Source: Rhodosorus marinus CCMP1338
Lineage: Eukaryota; Plantae; Rhodophyta
NCBI GenBank assembly: GCA_029953675.1
Contig: JAMWBK010000004.1
Location: 2,480,001 to 2,544,000 of the forward strand
DNA length: 64,000 bases
Direction: 5' to 3'
Position 1 is the first letter of the stretch. Each line of letters opens with the position of its first letter. The notes under the pieces are model-generated. The model was not told the origin of the DNA and ran no database searches. It saw only the letters and a list, made by a program, of their open reading frames with translations. Shown piece by piece: positions 34,335 to 47,789 of this stretch. The translations under genes were made by a program, and so were the position numbers.

Positions 34335-36649
34335 ATGGCGTCCACCGCTGATATGGAGACAATTAAGCTGAATCACATTCGGCGAAGCCGCGGAAAACGC
34401 ACCGAGAAGATCGTCTTGGAGGAGCGCCTGGGACCTGAAGTAATGAAGCGGTTGGAGGCGATGGCGCATGAATATGTAAGATTTGAGCGAGGACAGTTTG
34501 GATTCTACATTGACCCTGCTAGGTATGCAGTTCGTCAGAGGCAGATCGGCCCCATGGGTCGCGGGCGAAGAAGACAGGTTATTGCCGGTGTGGATAAGGA
34601 CGGAAACGTTATCAAGGCTTGGATTGGAGTTGACAATAGGCTTGAACGTGGTGGCAAAGGAGAGATGATCAACATCCCTATGGATTTCGAGAAAGCCGCC
34701 CTCGGTGGATCTGACTTCGGACCAGGAATGGGTCCTGGGGAAGGAGGTGGAGGCGGTCCTGGTGGTGGTGCTGGTGGAGGGCGAAGGAGGAGGAGAAAGA
34801 AGAAGGGAGGCGTCGCAGATTATAGTTCCGACGAGGAAGGTAGCGAGCTTGACTCAGACGAAGATTCAGACGACTCGTCTGGTGACTCTGATTCGTCGTC
34901 CAGTGGTGACGACGAAAACGGAGTTCCAGATGCCCCAGAAGATGGCCCAGAGGCTGCGGCCGACGGACCTGGTGCTGCGGCAGCCGCTGCTGCCGCTGCT
35001 GCAGATGGCAAGGGCCTGACTGACAAAGAAATACAGGACAGAATTGCTCCGCCTCCACCCAAGCCGGCTGGTGCTCCTGTGAGTGCAAAAGCAAATGAGA
35101 GAATCGGTCGTCAGAAGAAGCAACTGCAGTGGGTCAAGATTCCGAACAACTTGATACCGGGAACCGTGTGGCAGACCAAGGTCGATGACTCTCGGGTTCC
35201 TATTAACATTGAGGAGCTGGATGACCTCTTTGGTGTCGATGCTACACCTAAGTTCGAGTTGAAGAAGGAAGAGATCAAGCCGGAGGTTTTGCCTCACAAG
35301 AGAAAGCACAACATTAATATCTTGCTCGCGAACTTGAGATTGAGTGCGAAAGAAATCCTTGACGTCGTGCGAGTGCCTACTTACATGGATCTAGAGCAGA
35401 GTGCTCTGCAGGCGTTGCTTATTATCTGTCCGTCGCCGGAGGAAGAGGCGCTGTTCAAGGAAAACATGGCGCTCAAGGATCAAGTAGACTCCACCGATCA
35501 GTTTATGTTCGAGCTCATCCAAATGCCAAGTCTTCGTGGAAAGATTCTGTGTGCCTTGGCTGCGAAGAGTTTCAACGAAGAAGCGTTAGAAGTTATTAGG
35601 CAAATGGACACTTATTCGACGATCCCAGATGAGGTATGAACAATCTACCCATTGATATGATTTATATGGGTTACGCTGTCGGGGCGTGACAACTTGCTCA
35701 CGATACTATGTGCAGCTCTTGATCCCCTCCGTTCTCATTCGTTTTTGACAATGCTTCGTGTGCAATAGATTATGAACTCGAACAAGCTTGCAAGAGTTCT
35801 GGAAGTAATTCTCGCACTTGGGAATACTCTCAATTCTGGAACTAACAAAGGAGGTGCTCATGGCTTCAAATTGGAGGCCCTGGCCGCCATTCAGACCGTG
35901 AAGGATTGCAACGGACAGAATCTTCAGGATTTCCTCATAGAATTCTTGGAGAACGAGTACACGGGCCTACTCCCAATCGACGATATGCCAGCACTGCCGC
36001 AGTCCGAGTTCATTTCGCTGGATGGTATTAATGACAATGTTCAACATTTGCTCGAAAGCATAAATTCTGTGAACTCCCAAGTCAAATCTGTCGGTGCGGA
36101 TCCAACGTTGGTAAAGTTCAAGGCGGAGATGGAAACCTTCCTTGTGGACGCCAATAAGGTATGGGCCGTATTTTTAGCTTCAGTGAAGTTTTTTATTTCG
36201 AATTAGCTTTTGCACTAGTGCTAAGCTCTGAATCGTTATGTACCGCTCAGGCAAGAGAGGAGATCGTTTCGCTTAAGGGTTTCATGGAGAAGAAGCTTGA
36301 GGAGTACATGGCGTACATTGGAGAACGAAACAAGAAGTCGCGTAATCGACAAGAAGATACGATCCGATTGATTCGGGAGTTCCTGATAGAACTCAGGGAT
36401 GCGTTAACCAAATTTGAGGAAAAACAAGCCAGGAAGAACAAGGGCAAGGGCACCGACAAGAAGAAGAAGGCTGAGGAACGGAAGAAGAAAAAGGAAGACA
36501 AGGATGGGGTGAAGGAAGCCATGGAGGTGAAGGCCGAGGTGAAAACCGACGAAAAGCCCCAAACTGTTCCACCTCCGCCTCCGGCCCGACCAACGCCCAC
36601 AGATGGAATACCCGTGCCTCCTCCTCCTCCTCCCCCAATGGGATTGTAG
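34335..36649 (+). CDS. Formin (FH2 domain) with atypical N-terminus and C-terminal polyproline
   Basis: Exons 34335-35633, 35769-36158 and 36251-36649. FH2 motifs QLQWVKIP..GTVW, EELDDLF, KRKHNINILL, LARVLEVILALGNTLNSGT.KGGAHGFKLEAL. Confidence 0.9.
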
Positions 36650-38059
36650 GTGTGGTTGCTGGATGGGAACCCCCCACACCGCGCTGTGCGCCAGCCATGA
36701 GGGCATGAGTTTCAGGTTTTGGTGGTCCAATTGTTCATTCGAAATATTTCCCTTCTTGGAACTCAACCACCGAGGACCGTGTAGAAAGCCAGACAGGAGT
36801 GTCGTACCCCAGAAGGAAAAAAGTGAAAAATTTTACAAATCTGTAGTATTAGTTGCTGAGCGTTAGAGGCCGGCATCCAGCGCGCATGGATTGTCCCAGC
36901 CGCAATCAAAAGCCAAATAGGCTCCCTGGCTTGGCTGCTTGGACGCTAAGCAGCTCTCGAATTAGACAGGAAAAAATACCAAACCGAACGTTGCACTGCT
37001 TCATACGTCCAGTTTCAACGCACGCATTTTCTCATCTCAAGTTCCAGAGATAGCTGACTGCAAAACCCCTCATCGTGACGAAGCACAGAAGTCCCTAACC
37101 CCAATGCCGGTTGCTCCAACGTCCTTATTGCACAGAGCTAGAAAACGGCAATACGCCGATGAGGATAAAACAGTGTTCGAAGCTCCTTAATCCTCAAGCT
37201 ACAGTATTGCTAATCCGCGGTGCAAGCGCTCGCTCGCTTCCTCTGCACGGCGGCCAGAGAAAGTTACGGATGAGTCCGAATCTGCGCTCAAGGGAGGCGC
37301 TCGTCGTGAAAGCAGGATGGTACGGACCAACATGGACTGCAAAACTTCCCCAATGACTTCGCCACCACCCGTTCACAATAACCCCTCCAAACGGTCAGCT
37401 CCCGCAAGGTAGTCAAAACCACGAAATATTCAATCAACGAACAGGGACACTAACCATTGCACTAACTAACACATCAAATGCCCTCAGAGATTTCCCAAGC
37501 CGACCGACTCCAAAAGCCATCTAGCTATGCTTTTCTGTAACATCATAGATGGCTAGATAGTCTGGGGTTAGAAGGCTATGGACGCTCCTAGAGAATTAAA
37601 CGATGTCAACAAAGCAGTTCACAAGCTCACAAGCCCAAAAGAAGAATTTATTCCAATGGTTGAGACCCTGCAACCTCAGAGGTACGAACACTGGAAACCG
37701 TCTCTTTGGGCAACGACCGCCGTTTTGGTGCTCTTTTTCTGTTTGGCTTTTTCCTTAGATTCTATTGATCGGGAAAACGAAAAATTTGGCGTTACACATT
37801 TTATCACAAGTGATTCTATTTTTTTTTCACTTGAAAAATGGAATGGTTTCGAGGGTTTCCTGATCTCATCTCTTTTGTCGCGGTGGGGACGCTGTGGCAC
37901 ATTCAAAGAGCTTAGGGTGGTCTGTTGTTTGCTGCTTTGGTTTGGGGAGGGTTTGCCGTGGTGTTGTATTGCTCTCCTTTTTGTTTTTTGTTTTTGTTTT
38001 TGGTTCCCCTTTCTTAATTCTTCTGAGTAAATGCTGCCATTGTTCAATGATAGAGAACA

Positions 38060-41000
38060 ATGTCAGGTATCAGAGCCGAGTTTACTGTGAAGTGCAGCAC
38101 CAAATTTGGAGAGAATGTGGGGATAATTGGTTCAGACAGGGCGCTTGGCAGGTGGAAGACGAATGGCGTGGTGAAACTCAATACGAATGAGAGCGCTTAC
38201 CCATCCTGGTCATGCCAAGTCGAGATACAGGGAGAGGGAGAGGTAGAGGTGAGGTCAATCGAGAATTCGAGTCTGCTTGTTTGGTTTGAGGGAATTTCCT
38301 GACTGAGTAGCTGAATTGTCTGGTCTGTTTTCCTGCTTTTTTAGTACAAGTATGTGATCCTCAAGGGTAATAGGATAAAGAAGTGGGAGCTTGAAGGACG
38401 GAAGAACAACCGAACAATCTTGATAGAGAGAACTGAGGCTGGTGGTTCTGTCGTCAGGGACGACGGAGAGTTCAATAAGCTCCCGTCTGACCTAGTACAC
38501 CAACCGGCTGCTGTTTCCGAGGAGAGAACAAATGGAAATGTATCGGTCGGAGATGATCGTCAACAGGTTGCTCGTTTTTCCCCATCTGAAGGCAGCTTCC
38601 TCAGTCATCTTCAGAAGGAGAGTAGTACATCCAGAAGTTGGAGGAAGCGCCTGTCCTACATCAGGGCGCTTCTGAGCGATCCGAACTGTGCCGCTCAAAA
38701 TGCCTTTGACCCGAAATCGCTAAACGATCTGGCCATCGTTGTTGTATACCTCACGTTTGTGAGCAGCGGTGAGCAATCTCTACGTTCCAGAATGATTCTC
38801 CACTCTGCTGAAAGGAATACAACAATCGCTTGCGACGACAATGACGATAACGGTGACGATGACGACTTTGAAATTGCGGGTCGGTCATATATCAGGTCAA
38901 ATTGCATGCGAAGAAGATGGATCCCACTACAGACCGAATCATCACGCGAACGAAGCACGAAAGATCGAAGAGGCGCTTTCTCAAATCTCCAATGACCAAA
39001 ACGCGTATCTCATCCGAAAGATCTATCCGTTGCTCCCGTCGTACCGTAGCGAATTCACGGCTTCAGTCCCGCTGACTAGAATTCGTGATATTGCGCACAG
39101 AAACGACATTCCTCATGAGCTCAAACAGGTAAACAATCAGACCTGACTAAAACGAGAACCCAATAGACAATGAGCCGATGCTAAACGAATGCGGTTCTTC
39201 CTGCTCTTGGGGGAACTAGGAAATCAAACACACGCTTCAGAACAAGCTGCACCGAAGCGCTGGACCGGAAGACTTGGTTACAACAGAGAACCTGTTGAAT
39301 CGAATAACCGCACCCGGAGCCCAGTATTCTGGTGGTAAGTCTGCCAGTAGTCATGACTTTCTACTTGAATTCTCCCGTATGAGCCTGCATACTCGGTCCG
39401 TCTCAAAGCTATGGATGGATGCTGCTCAGCGATCGGTCAGAATGCCATGCAAGATGTTCATGGTCGTGAGCGTGCTCATGAGATTATCTGAGCTCACCCT
39501 GTTCAAATACTTTATTCACAATAGGCTTTGTCAGTGAGTTTCAGATCTTCTATCGAGAACTTCGTGAGTTCTTCAATGCCACGGACCTCGATGAGAACCT
39601 CAAGGAGCTGATGCAAAAGGAAGAACCTAGGAAGTCCTCCTTCGCTGTCCTGAAGGAGTTTCTAGACCTCAAGAGCGCCGGAGTTAAAGCAATTGTCCAG
39701 TTGGAAGCTCTTCTCAATTTGAGACGCGAAATTTCATATGCGATGAACGATTTGGAGCCGGGGGAGGTATTGCAAAGTTGATCCGATTGTTTTTCCTCCG
39801 GCCTTGGCAGGCGCCGGATGGAAGCAAGCACTTATGGCTGGTATTCTTTTTCAATTCAGGTGATGCAACGGGTCCGATTGGTCGATATACAGCTCGAAAA
39901 ATTTTCTTTTGTCCTCCTAGCAGGTATCAACAATACAAATCTGAAGTGGGCTACAACCCTGCACGCTATGAGTCTCGCACTGGAGGGAATTAAACTCTCC
40001 GGGGTTCAATCTGTCGAAGCCGGGTCCATACTCTCTGAGCTTAAACTCGTGTCGGAATCTGATCCGCTTCGGGCTAAGGCATCTGCCGAGAGGTGTGTTC
40101 GCTTCTGCGATGATTTCACAAAGCAGACTGCGGAGCTCTTCGAAGAGTCTGTTAAGGTCGTCGGCGGTGCCTTCAACGTCGAGCAACGAGCCGTGAGCGT
40201 TTTTATCGAAGCGGTACGTGACTGTCTTGACGGTTTGACTCGAAATGCGTTCACGGATTTCATTTCAGTTAGTTTGGTTTTTGCTGATCTTCAAAGTGGT
40301 CCTCACATTTTCCAGGAGGTTCGTTCGACCGTTGTTTTCCAGTTTTCCCGGTTGGCCTCATGGACTATGCGGAACGTAAGGACGCTTCTAGGACAACCTC
40401 CGTGGGACGTACTCTTTCCCGGCACAGCGACCGGCTCCTTGCTTTTCGCACAGAGCATCTCTGAGATTCCAGAACGCGAGCTTCAGCAGCCGCGTGTTGT
40501 CGTATTGGATCGGGCTGAGGGTGATGAAGACATTCCGCAAGCGATTAAGGGTGAGACTTGGAAACGAACGGCCCAAACCAGCATTCAATCACGTCCTTCT
40601 TGAACTTTGACCAAGAATCCCTCTGACTGAAAACCAGGAATCGTTTTGGGACATGAACTTCCTCACTTGTCCCATTTGGGGGTCCGTGCTCGGCAAGCCA
40701 AGGTGGTATTCATCAACTCTGAGGATGCGACTGTTTTTAAGGATTTCAAAAAGGGCTGGGTCTCAAACGCGGAGAACTTGGTTAAACTTGTTGTCAGCCT
40801 CGGCGTGGATTCCCTGAGCATGGAGGATGCTGCTGATACGAGAGCGAAGGAGGACTCTGATACTCGTGATAAAGTTGTAATTGATATACCCGATCCAGTA
40901 GCCAAAAGAGCGCTGGTCGTTGCAACGACGGATGTGAGGATAAGTACGATATACGCATCTTCCCGTCGAATGAGTTTTAAATTATTGTGCGCGACGTTTC

Positions 41001-42115
41001 TGGCCTTCCTACAGGTTTCAAAGGAGTCGGCTGGGACAAAGGCTAGCTCTGCAGGAATTTTGGAAGCAGCGGCAAAAGAAAATCAAGACTTTGAAGTTCC
41101 TCGCGGAGTGGTAGTCCCGTTTTCCTCGTTTCAACGGGCGGCGCTAGCAGGTAATCTTACTCGTGTAAAAGACGGACTTCAAAGTTTCCAGGTCCCTCAA
41201 TATTGCGTGTTCAAACGGCGCAGGAGGCCCGGAGTTGGACTACTTCGGCATACTGCAAGGTTTCGATGAGCTGAGCTTGGCAGAAAAGGAAACACGGGCT
41301 GAAGCAGTTGCAGCAACTATTCTGTACAAGTTCCCCCTCAACCAAGACATTGTGCGCAAGATTCAAGGGGTAGGCTGAAGCTGTCGACTGTCGCTTTTAC
41401 TAATGCTAACAAGCTACCTGACAAAGACAAGTTCCTGCGTCAACCTGGTTCTCAGAATTTCGGCAAGGAGACTCTTCTCATGGTCCGCTCGAGCGCGAAC
41501 TGCGAGGATCTTGAGGAAATGTCCGGTGCTGGTCTGTACGATTCCTTCGCAAACGTGCCGGTGAGCGACAGGGGTGCCATCGCCGAAGCTGTGCGTAAAG
41601 TCTGGTCATCATTGTGGACGAAACGGGCCGCTCTATCCCGGTCTCAATACAAAGTCCCCCATGAGAAGGTTGTCATGGCGGTGCTCGTTCAGGAGATGTT
41701 AGAAGCCGAGCTTTCATTTATCATGTTTTCCAACAACCCTATAAACGGGGCAACCAACGAAGTCTACATCGAGATGGCAGTTGGTATGGGGGAAACTCTT
41801 GCCTCCGCCGAAGTTCGAGGATCACCTTACCGACTGGTGTACAACACTGATACGGATAGAGCCGAAGTTCTTGCGCTGGCTTCCTTCTCCTACAGTTTAG
41901 AACCTGGAGGCGGCAATCTCGGACTTGAGAAGAAAGCCGTGGACTACTCCACAGTGAAAATGACGACCAGCTCCGACTGGAGAGAGGAGATGACAAGAAG
42001 ACTTGCTAGAATAGCAAAGTTCCTTGAAGCTCACTACGGTAAACCACAGGATATAGAGGGCGTCGTGGTTGGTGAGACTATTTATCTGGTGCAGTCTAGG
42101 GCGATGGTTAAATAG
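38060..42115 (+). CDS. PWD: Phosphoglucan, water dikinase (PWD/GWD3 type), multi-exon, no transit peptide
   Basis: N-terminal CBM20 ([28 protein letters not shown]); [10 protein letters not shown]; phosphohistidine motif [15 protein letters not shown]; nucleotide-binding domain [39 protein letters not shown]. Confidence 0.93.
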
Positions 42116-42236
42116 GGGATGCCAGCAGCAGAATGAATCCCTTCCACATTGGAACGCTGTAGTGATGCCTGGCGCGCAAGAGGAGACCTCAAGGTCTTGC
42201 ACTGTGTTGTTCCATCTCTTCCTTCTTTGTTCTTAT

Positions 42237-44766
42237 TTACACAATGTACCCTTGATGTACATAGAACAGTAAACACGCAGTTTCCTGCCGGCTTTCGTCT
42301 ATATAAGGACAGTTGGATTGCATGGGTATGAGACTACCGTGACTGTACTCGTACCACAGACCTGTCGATGGTTTTCTACATGGAAGCGACGGAAAGGGCA
42401 GTCTTGGGGTGTGAGTTGAAGAAAAACTAACCGAGCCAATCATCTGTACCATACCTGAGATCAGCCTCATAGTGTCCTTTGGCGTGCACGTCGTTGCGGC
42501 GTACGATACCATGCAGTCTGTATCTTGCGCATACTTTCCTCTCACTTGCACTATTCTTCCTAACGTCCTCACGGTCCTCACGGTCCTCACGGTCGTTCAG
42601 ATATTTACACAAATCAAAAACTCTCTCCGTCAAGTTCCTCTCGGCAACCTCATCGTCATAGATCCTGATACACTCGCCGTCGGCTAAACCTGATCGTAGT
42701 TGACATGTTTTCTCGCTATCTACATCCATCGCAGCATTTCCCTGCGCCTCCTGGATTCGAATGGTTCCAGATTCCTTGACTTCCTCCGCTGAGCCGGTTC
42801 CACTGGTGGTGTCTTCAGAGTCGATCGCCTCTACCGAAAGTGATCCGTCGCCCTCGCCAGATGAGAAGGTGTCTTGTGTTTCATTATCTCCGTCATTGTA
42901 CTTTGGTTCTATAAACAGGTCTGGTCCTAGCGCCTTTGCGGCGTACTCTTCGAGGTTAATATACATTGGAAATGATACTCGATGATTGATGATCGCGGAT
43001 GTCGAATCCTTTTCCACACTTTCGGAGCGTTTGAGATGAATGATGAGCACTTGAGGGAGGACATCTATTGACGACAACAGGTTGCAGCGCTGGCTTGAAC
43101 ACTCCGTGCAGGTTTTCGCCACTGGTTGCGGGGCAAAATATTTTCTCACCGCCTTGACGAGCGAGATCCTCAACTTCTTCGAGTTATCTTCAGGTAGACT
43201 GACGTTCAGATCCTTCAGAACTTGCCGTTGAGACTCTCCGACGTGTTCACACTCCGAGCACTTGTATTCGCGCTTGACCACGCAGGAAAATGACTTCGTA
43301 ACAGCATTCGCTTCTCTCGGCGACATGGTGTTCTTCAAGCTTAATTCGGCAAGTTCATGCTCCATCTGCATCAGTGACAATCTCAAGAACTCGTGTACAT
43401 CTCTACCGGACTCCTTGCCGTGCTCCAACACTAGGCCGAGTTGACCTTCCGGATTCTCCACGCCCGCCCGCGACAAAGGTTCTTCCGCAGTGCTCGCTTT
43501 TGCCTTTGGCGATCGCATCGTATTTCTGAGCATCGAAGCACACAACGTGCCTGAGCGATTTCTTCCCGTGCTCCTGTGTGATCGCCGTAGAAGCGCATAG
43601 AACACGTCCAAGTTCATCAGCGTTTCCAGTATCGTCCTCGTTGGACATTCGTTCCACAAGGTCTCCATCTCGGCTACCATCGACGTGGTAGCATCTTCCT
43701 CGCCACCCGAGGCGACGCCCGTCCCTGTTTCCTCCTTTGCGTTATCGTCAGTCATGTCAACGGTTGCCGCTTTCAATGCTCCCACGACTGATGTACTCTC
43801 TTTCGCGTGGGGTGTCCCGCTCTGCCCACTTGGTCGTGAGTAGAAGTCCTCGTCAGCGACCGTGGGCAGACGCCCGTCATCTCCATCCAGCTCGGCGTTT
43901 CTTTCGCATGTCGCTGGTCCAGTTCCCTCGGCCTCAACTGTCGCCGTGCTTTTGCCTTCCTGTCCATCCACTTGAACGACGATCGCGACCTTATCATCAG
44001 TACTGCAGTTCTGCTTCGGCTTTCGTTCAATTGCTGCTTTTGGAGAACTGGACTCTCCTTGTCTAATGCTTTCGTTTTCGCTATCCAAGTTGACCACTTC
44101 GTCCTCACCATCAGGGACCTTCGAGGCCCGAGCCATCCCACTCGGTGATGTCGACGGCGAGTGCAAGTCCTCTGCACTTGCGAACCTCTGAGAACGCTGA
44201 GGCAGATCTGATCTTCTTTTCTTCATTCTTCTCGACCTCTGGTTGGAAAAGTCTCGATCGACGATCTCCATTTTAGTCCGTCCTCTCAGAGATACGGCGC
44301 CACTGTTTACTCCTTGCTGCCTCTTGTTTCTCTCGGGAGTGGACATTCTGGAAGCGTCATTGTCCCCCTCGAGCTCAAACTTTGACAACAGTTTGGTTTC
44401 CAGCGCACGTCTCATGAGCAGGCTACTCGGCCAGTACTCAAAGTGCGGAGAAAGTGTAAAGTTCGTTCCGTCGGGTAGCCAAACCGACAAGCGCTTGGAT
44501 TTCTCCATTCGCTCCAACGAAATCACCTTTTGCAAATCTCTGATCCTGTAAACGTCGTCTACCTTCTTCGACTTGACCATGAACCAGTTCTTCTCGATCT
44601 TGAACGTGCCCTCATAGCTCGTGACCACCGCTGACCTCGCAGCCAGCGAATGCTCAAGCTTTCCACGGACAATCAGGCCTCCAGGTTGAAAGCCAGATGC
44701 GTCCACATCTTCATCGCTAAGTTCCATAACATCCACTCCATCCTTCCTTCTACCTCGGCTTCTCAT
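42237..44766 (-). CDS. Ubiquitin-specific protease-like (peptidase C19) with divergent catalytic boxes
   Basis: Cys-box-like WNECPTRTILETL; RDVHEFL; Zn knuckles CSECEH and CTECSS; LPQVLIIHLKR; YRLHGIV..GHY. After intron 42454-42376 comes WYEYSHG..ACLLFY. The N-terminal region may be PH-like, as in USP26/29/37 (inference). Confidence 0.8.
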
Positions 44767-45902
44767 CGTTTCTCAAGTACACCAACAGATAGTCCTTCAC
44801 ATCCGTTTAACGCCATCGAACCAAATATCACAACAAATCGCTTCAAATCTACATCTTTGATTGTCTTTTACTGTTTTAAAAAGGAAATACTCCAAAAATT
44901 CCATCCAATCCTTGAATTTTTTTTCCGGGTCGCGAGGTCTTTAGCGTGTCTTGTTCTTCGTCTTCTTCAGCCTCCCGCACGCGACGGGGAGACTTAGGTG
45001 AAGTACCCTGAACACCGTTGAAAGTCTTTTGTTCATATGTTTTGTAGTTCTTCATCCACGAGCAACCTAGCACAGGGTGTGACTGTGCTTAATAGAGTGG
45101 TTATCAGTTCTGGAATATGGTTTGCACATGAACTATCTTGAGAGAGCAAGTCGTTCAGGCCACATACAGCGTCCCCAGCTGGGACTAAGGGCCTGAGGGA
45201 GCGGCGCTTCTTAGGGATGAAGTGTTATCTGCTTTGTGAAGTTTAGACTTTTTCGGCTCGTCCTGTTCGCGCGGGTCGGGGGGTGTAGTATCCGACACGG
45301 ATTTGTCTCTCTTGTATTCCTTCAAGAACAGGCAAACTCGGGAGGTTAGTTCTCAGTGAAACAGGACGTAAAAGAGAGGGCAGACTAGAAAGGGTTTCGT
45401 CTGCTCACCCTTTTGGTCGCGTGACTGACAACTAACTGCCCGAGTGGAGCACCAGATCTTACGCTGAGCAGAAATTGATTTGGTTAGGGTTTCTCAGGAG
45501 GTTTGCTAAGCGAAATGCCTTGCAAGACGTTTGTGTTGAGGTTTCTAGTAGGCTGTTGATTGATTCATGGCTTATTTTGGAAGCGGACAAGAACCCTTTA
45601 CGGTTGACGACTGGAGAAGTTGAGGAAGAGGAGACTGGTTTGGTAGGGAACTGCAGTAGAAGGGTGTAGGTTTGCAGGTGAATTGACAAGGCGGACGCTT
45701 GATAAGGATTTTTGGTAAGAACTGGAGAGGAGGGTACTTTCTTGTGGACTGAGGACGAGGAGGCTGGCGACGCTGTTTGGTCGGTGTTGGAGAAGCGCCT
45801 GGGAAGTCTCTTTTCGGGCTTGATTTGCTTAAATTGAGCTGGGAGATAGGACGGGTTGGGTAAGCGGAGAGGGCTAGGGATCGCTAGTTGCGTAGGACAA
45901 GG

Positions 45903-46876
45903 ATGATCGGATTTCAGAATTTGATCGGAACTTCCAGAGTGAGGAGAAAAGCTGCTGTGATGAATAGTGAGGATAGCTGTGGAACGCTCACTTGGCTTCC
46001 GGTCTCGAATTACAGTGCGAGGTGCCGGTACATCATTCTTAAGAAAGGATTGAACATTAAGATCGAGGAGCCGACTAATGGTATGAAGAGCCCTGAGCAT
46101 CTTGCGGTTAGTCCGTTCGGCCAGGTCCCATGCTTTCAGATGGAAAACGGGGATGCCATGATTGAGAGCCTGGTAGGGCAGCCAGAGTGTACAAAAGGAT
46201 GCTTTTTCGTGTAGAGCGGCAGATGCTTAAGTTTTGTTGGCTTTTTTGTTTCACCTTCTTCGTTGGAACTTAGGCGATTATGGACTATCTAATTGATCGA
46301 TATTCTGATGTTGAACCACGGTTTCTACCAGCGACCCCAGAGCTTCGAGCGAGGGCAAGGATGATCTGTCAAGTTCATGATTTTCACTGCGGGATCAACC
46401 AAGGAGCAATGTACAGAGCAATGAACAGTCCAGCGGATCGAGAGGTGGGCCTTGAGAAGATTAGAAAAGGTCTTGACGTGATCGAGCTCTACTGTGAGGC
46501 ATCCCCCTTCATGGTAGGCGATGACCTCTCGATAGCGGACGTCACCGTATTTGCGTCTTCTGCGTTCTACGTTTTTATGCTCCCGAGATTCTTCGGATGG
46601 GACTTTCGGTAAGCTCGCCCTTTCAAGAAGCTCCACGATAAGCCAAAGTCCAGTTATCTGAACAAACCCCCCCTGCGCGTATATAGGGATGGCCGTCCGA
46701 AGCTTGCGAAATGGTTTGAGTACATGCGACAAGAATCACCTGAAGCGGCAGAAGTCTTCAACACTGTTTTCAAAGCGTTGGCTGCATGGGAGAAGAATGG
46801 TCGGTGGGAGAGGCTCGGAATTCAACGAGTACCGTCCTTCGTCGAAGCAGAACATGAGCTCATTTCAAGCCCCTGA
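45903..46876 (+). CDS. Glutathione S-transferase, plastid-targeted; 3 exons
   Basis: Exons 45903-46172, 46274-46608 and 46687-46876. MIGFQNL transit; SNYSARCR; SPFGQVPCF..IESLAIMDYL; LSIADV; RPKLAKWF. Confidence 0.9.
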
Positions 46877-47789
46877 GATCTTATCAAAATTGTGAAATTC
46901 CTTGCACCAACCCTCACGTCACAGACGCAAGATGCTTCCAGCTCAGGAATCGACCTCATTTTTAGCTTCATTCCATCCCTGTCACTGGTGAAGCAAAGGT
47001 TCCAGCAGCCAGTATACAAACATCCTAAGAACCTTCGAACTGATCTCCATGAGCAAGCACGACTGGGTAGGTCAGGGGAATCGACCTGACCGAGATTTCT
47101 AGAAGGCTGTTCAGCGTGCTCTACCTGTTACTACTGTGCATGTCAAGCCAAATTAGCGCTCACTGGACACAGGCAGATCACTGAGAATCCTGGAAGAGTT
47201 GTTCGCGGGTGGGCACGTTTGGACGTCTACCAGCAAAAACTCGCTCAGAGCGATTATGATCCCCTCACCTTCATCCAGTCCTCCTCGTCGAATCCAGGAA
47301 TACGCAAGGAGCACTTTCTGTGCCTTCAAGTCTGGATCAAACATCGGCCCTCCAGACTAACGAAGTCCTAGCTCCGTCCATATGCTGTCCAAGGGCTTTG
47401 TCGAATCCCTGCCATGTCGAGCAGGAAATCTGCTCTGAAGTGTCCCAATGCACCCGGCCGTAAACAGTCTAGTCCGATGTCCATACGAATCCCTCGTGTA
47501 GTGCCTTTCTAAGCTGCTAGGCGAGACAACATCTGAAGAACAACAAGTTGCTCCGCCTATCTAACTCTTACTGCATCCACATCCAAGCTCCGCGTTGTTT
47601 CCAGGTGAATTGGTTTCATTTTGAGAAGGAGACATCGATTATTCGCGGTGTTCTTGGACTTCCCTCAGGTCGTCGAAAATTAATCTACTCACAGCGATAG
47701 CGACTGAAAAACAGGCAGCGCCATCTACGTCATCTGCATCAAAAGCAAGGATCTGGAGTTGGATCTTGACCCTCATGGAGAGTAACTTG

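Noticed and set aside
45276-45310. GGGGGTGTAGTATCC resembling a tRNA 5' end or the U2 branch-recognition sequence
   Set aside because: There is no T-loop (GTTCRA), cloverleaf or flanking U2 sequence.
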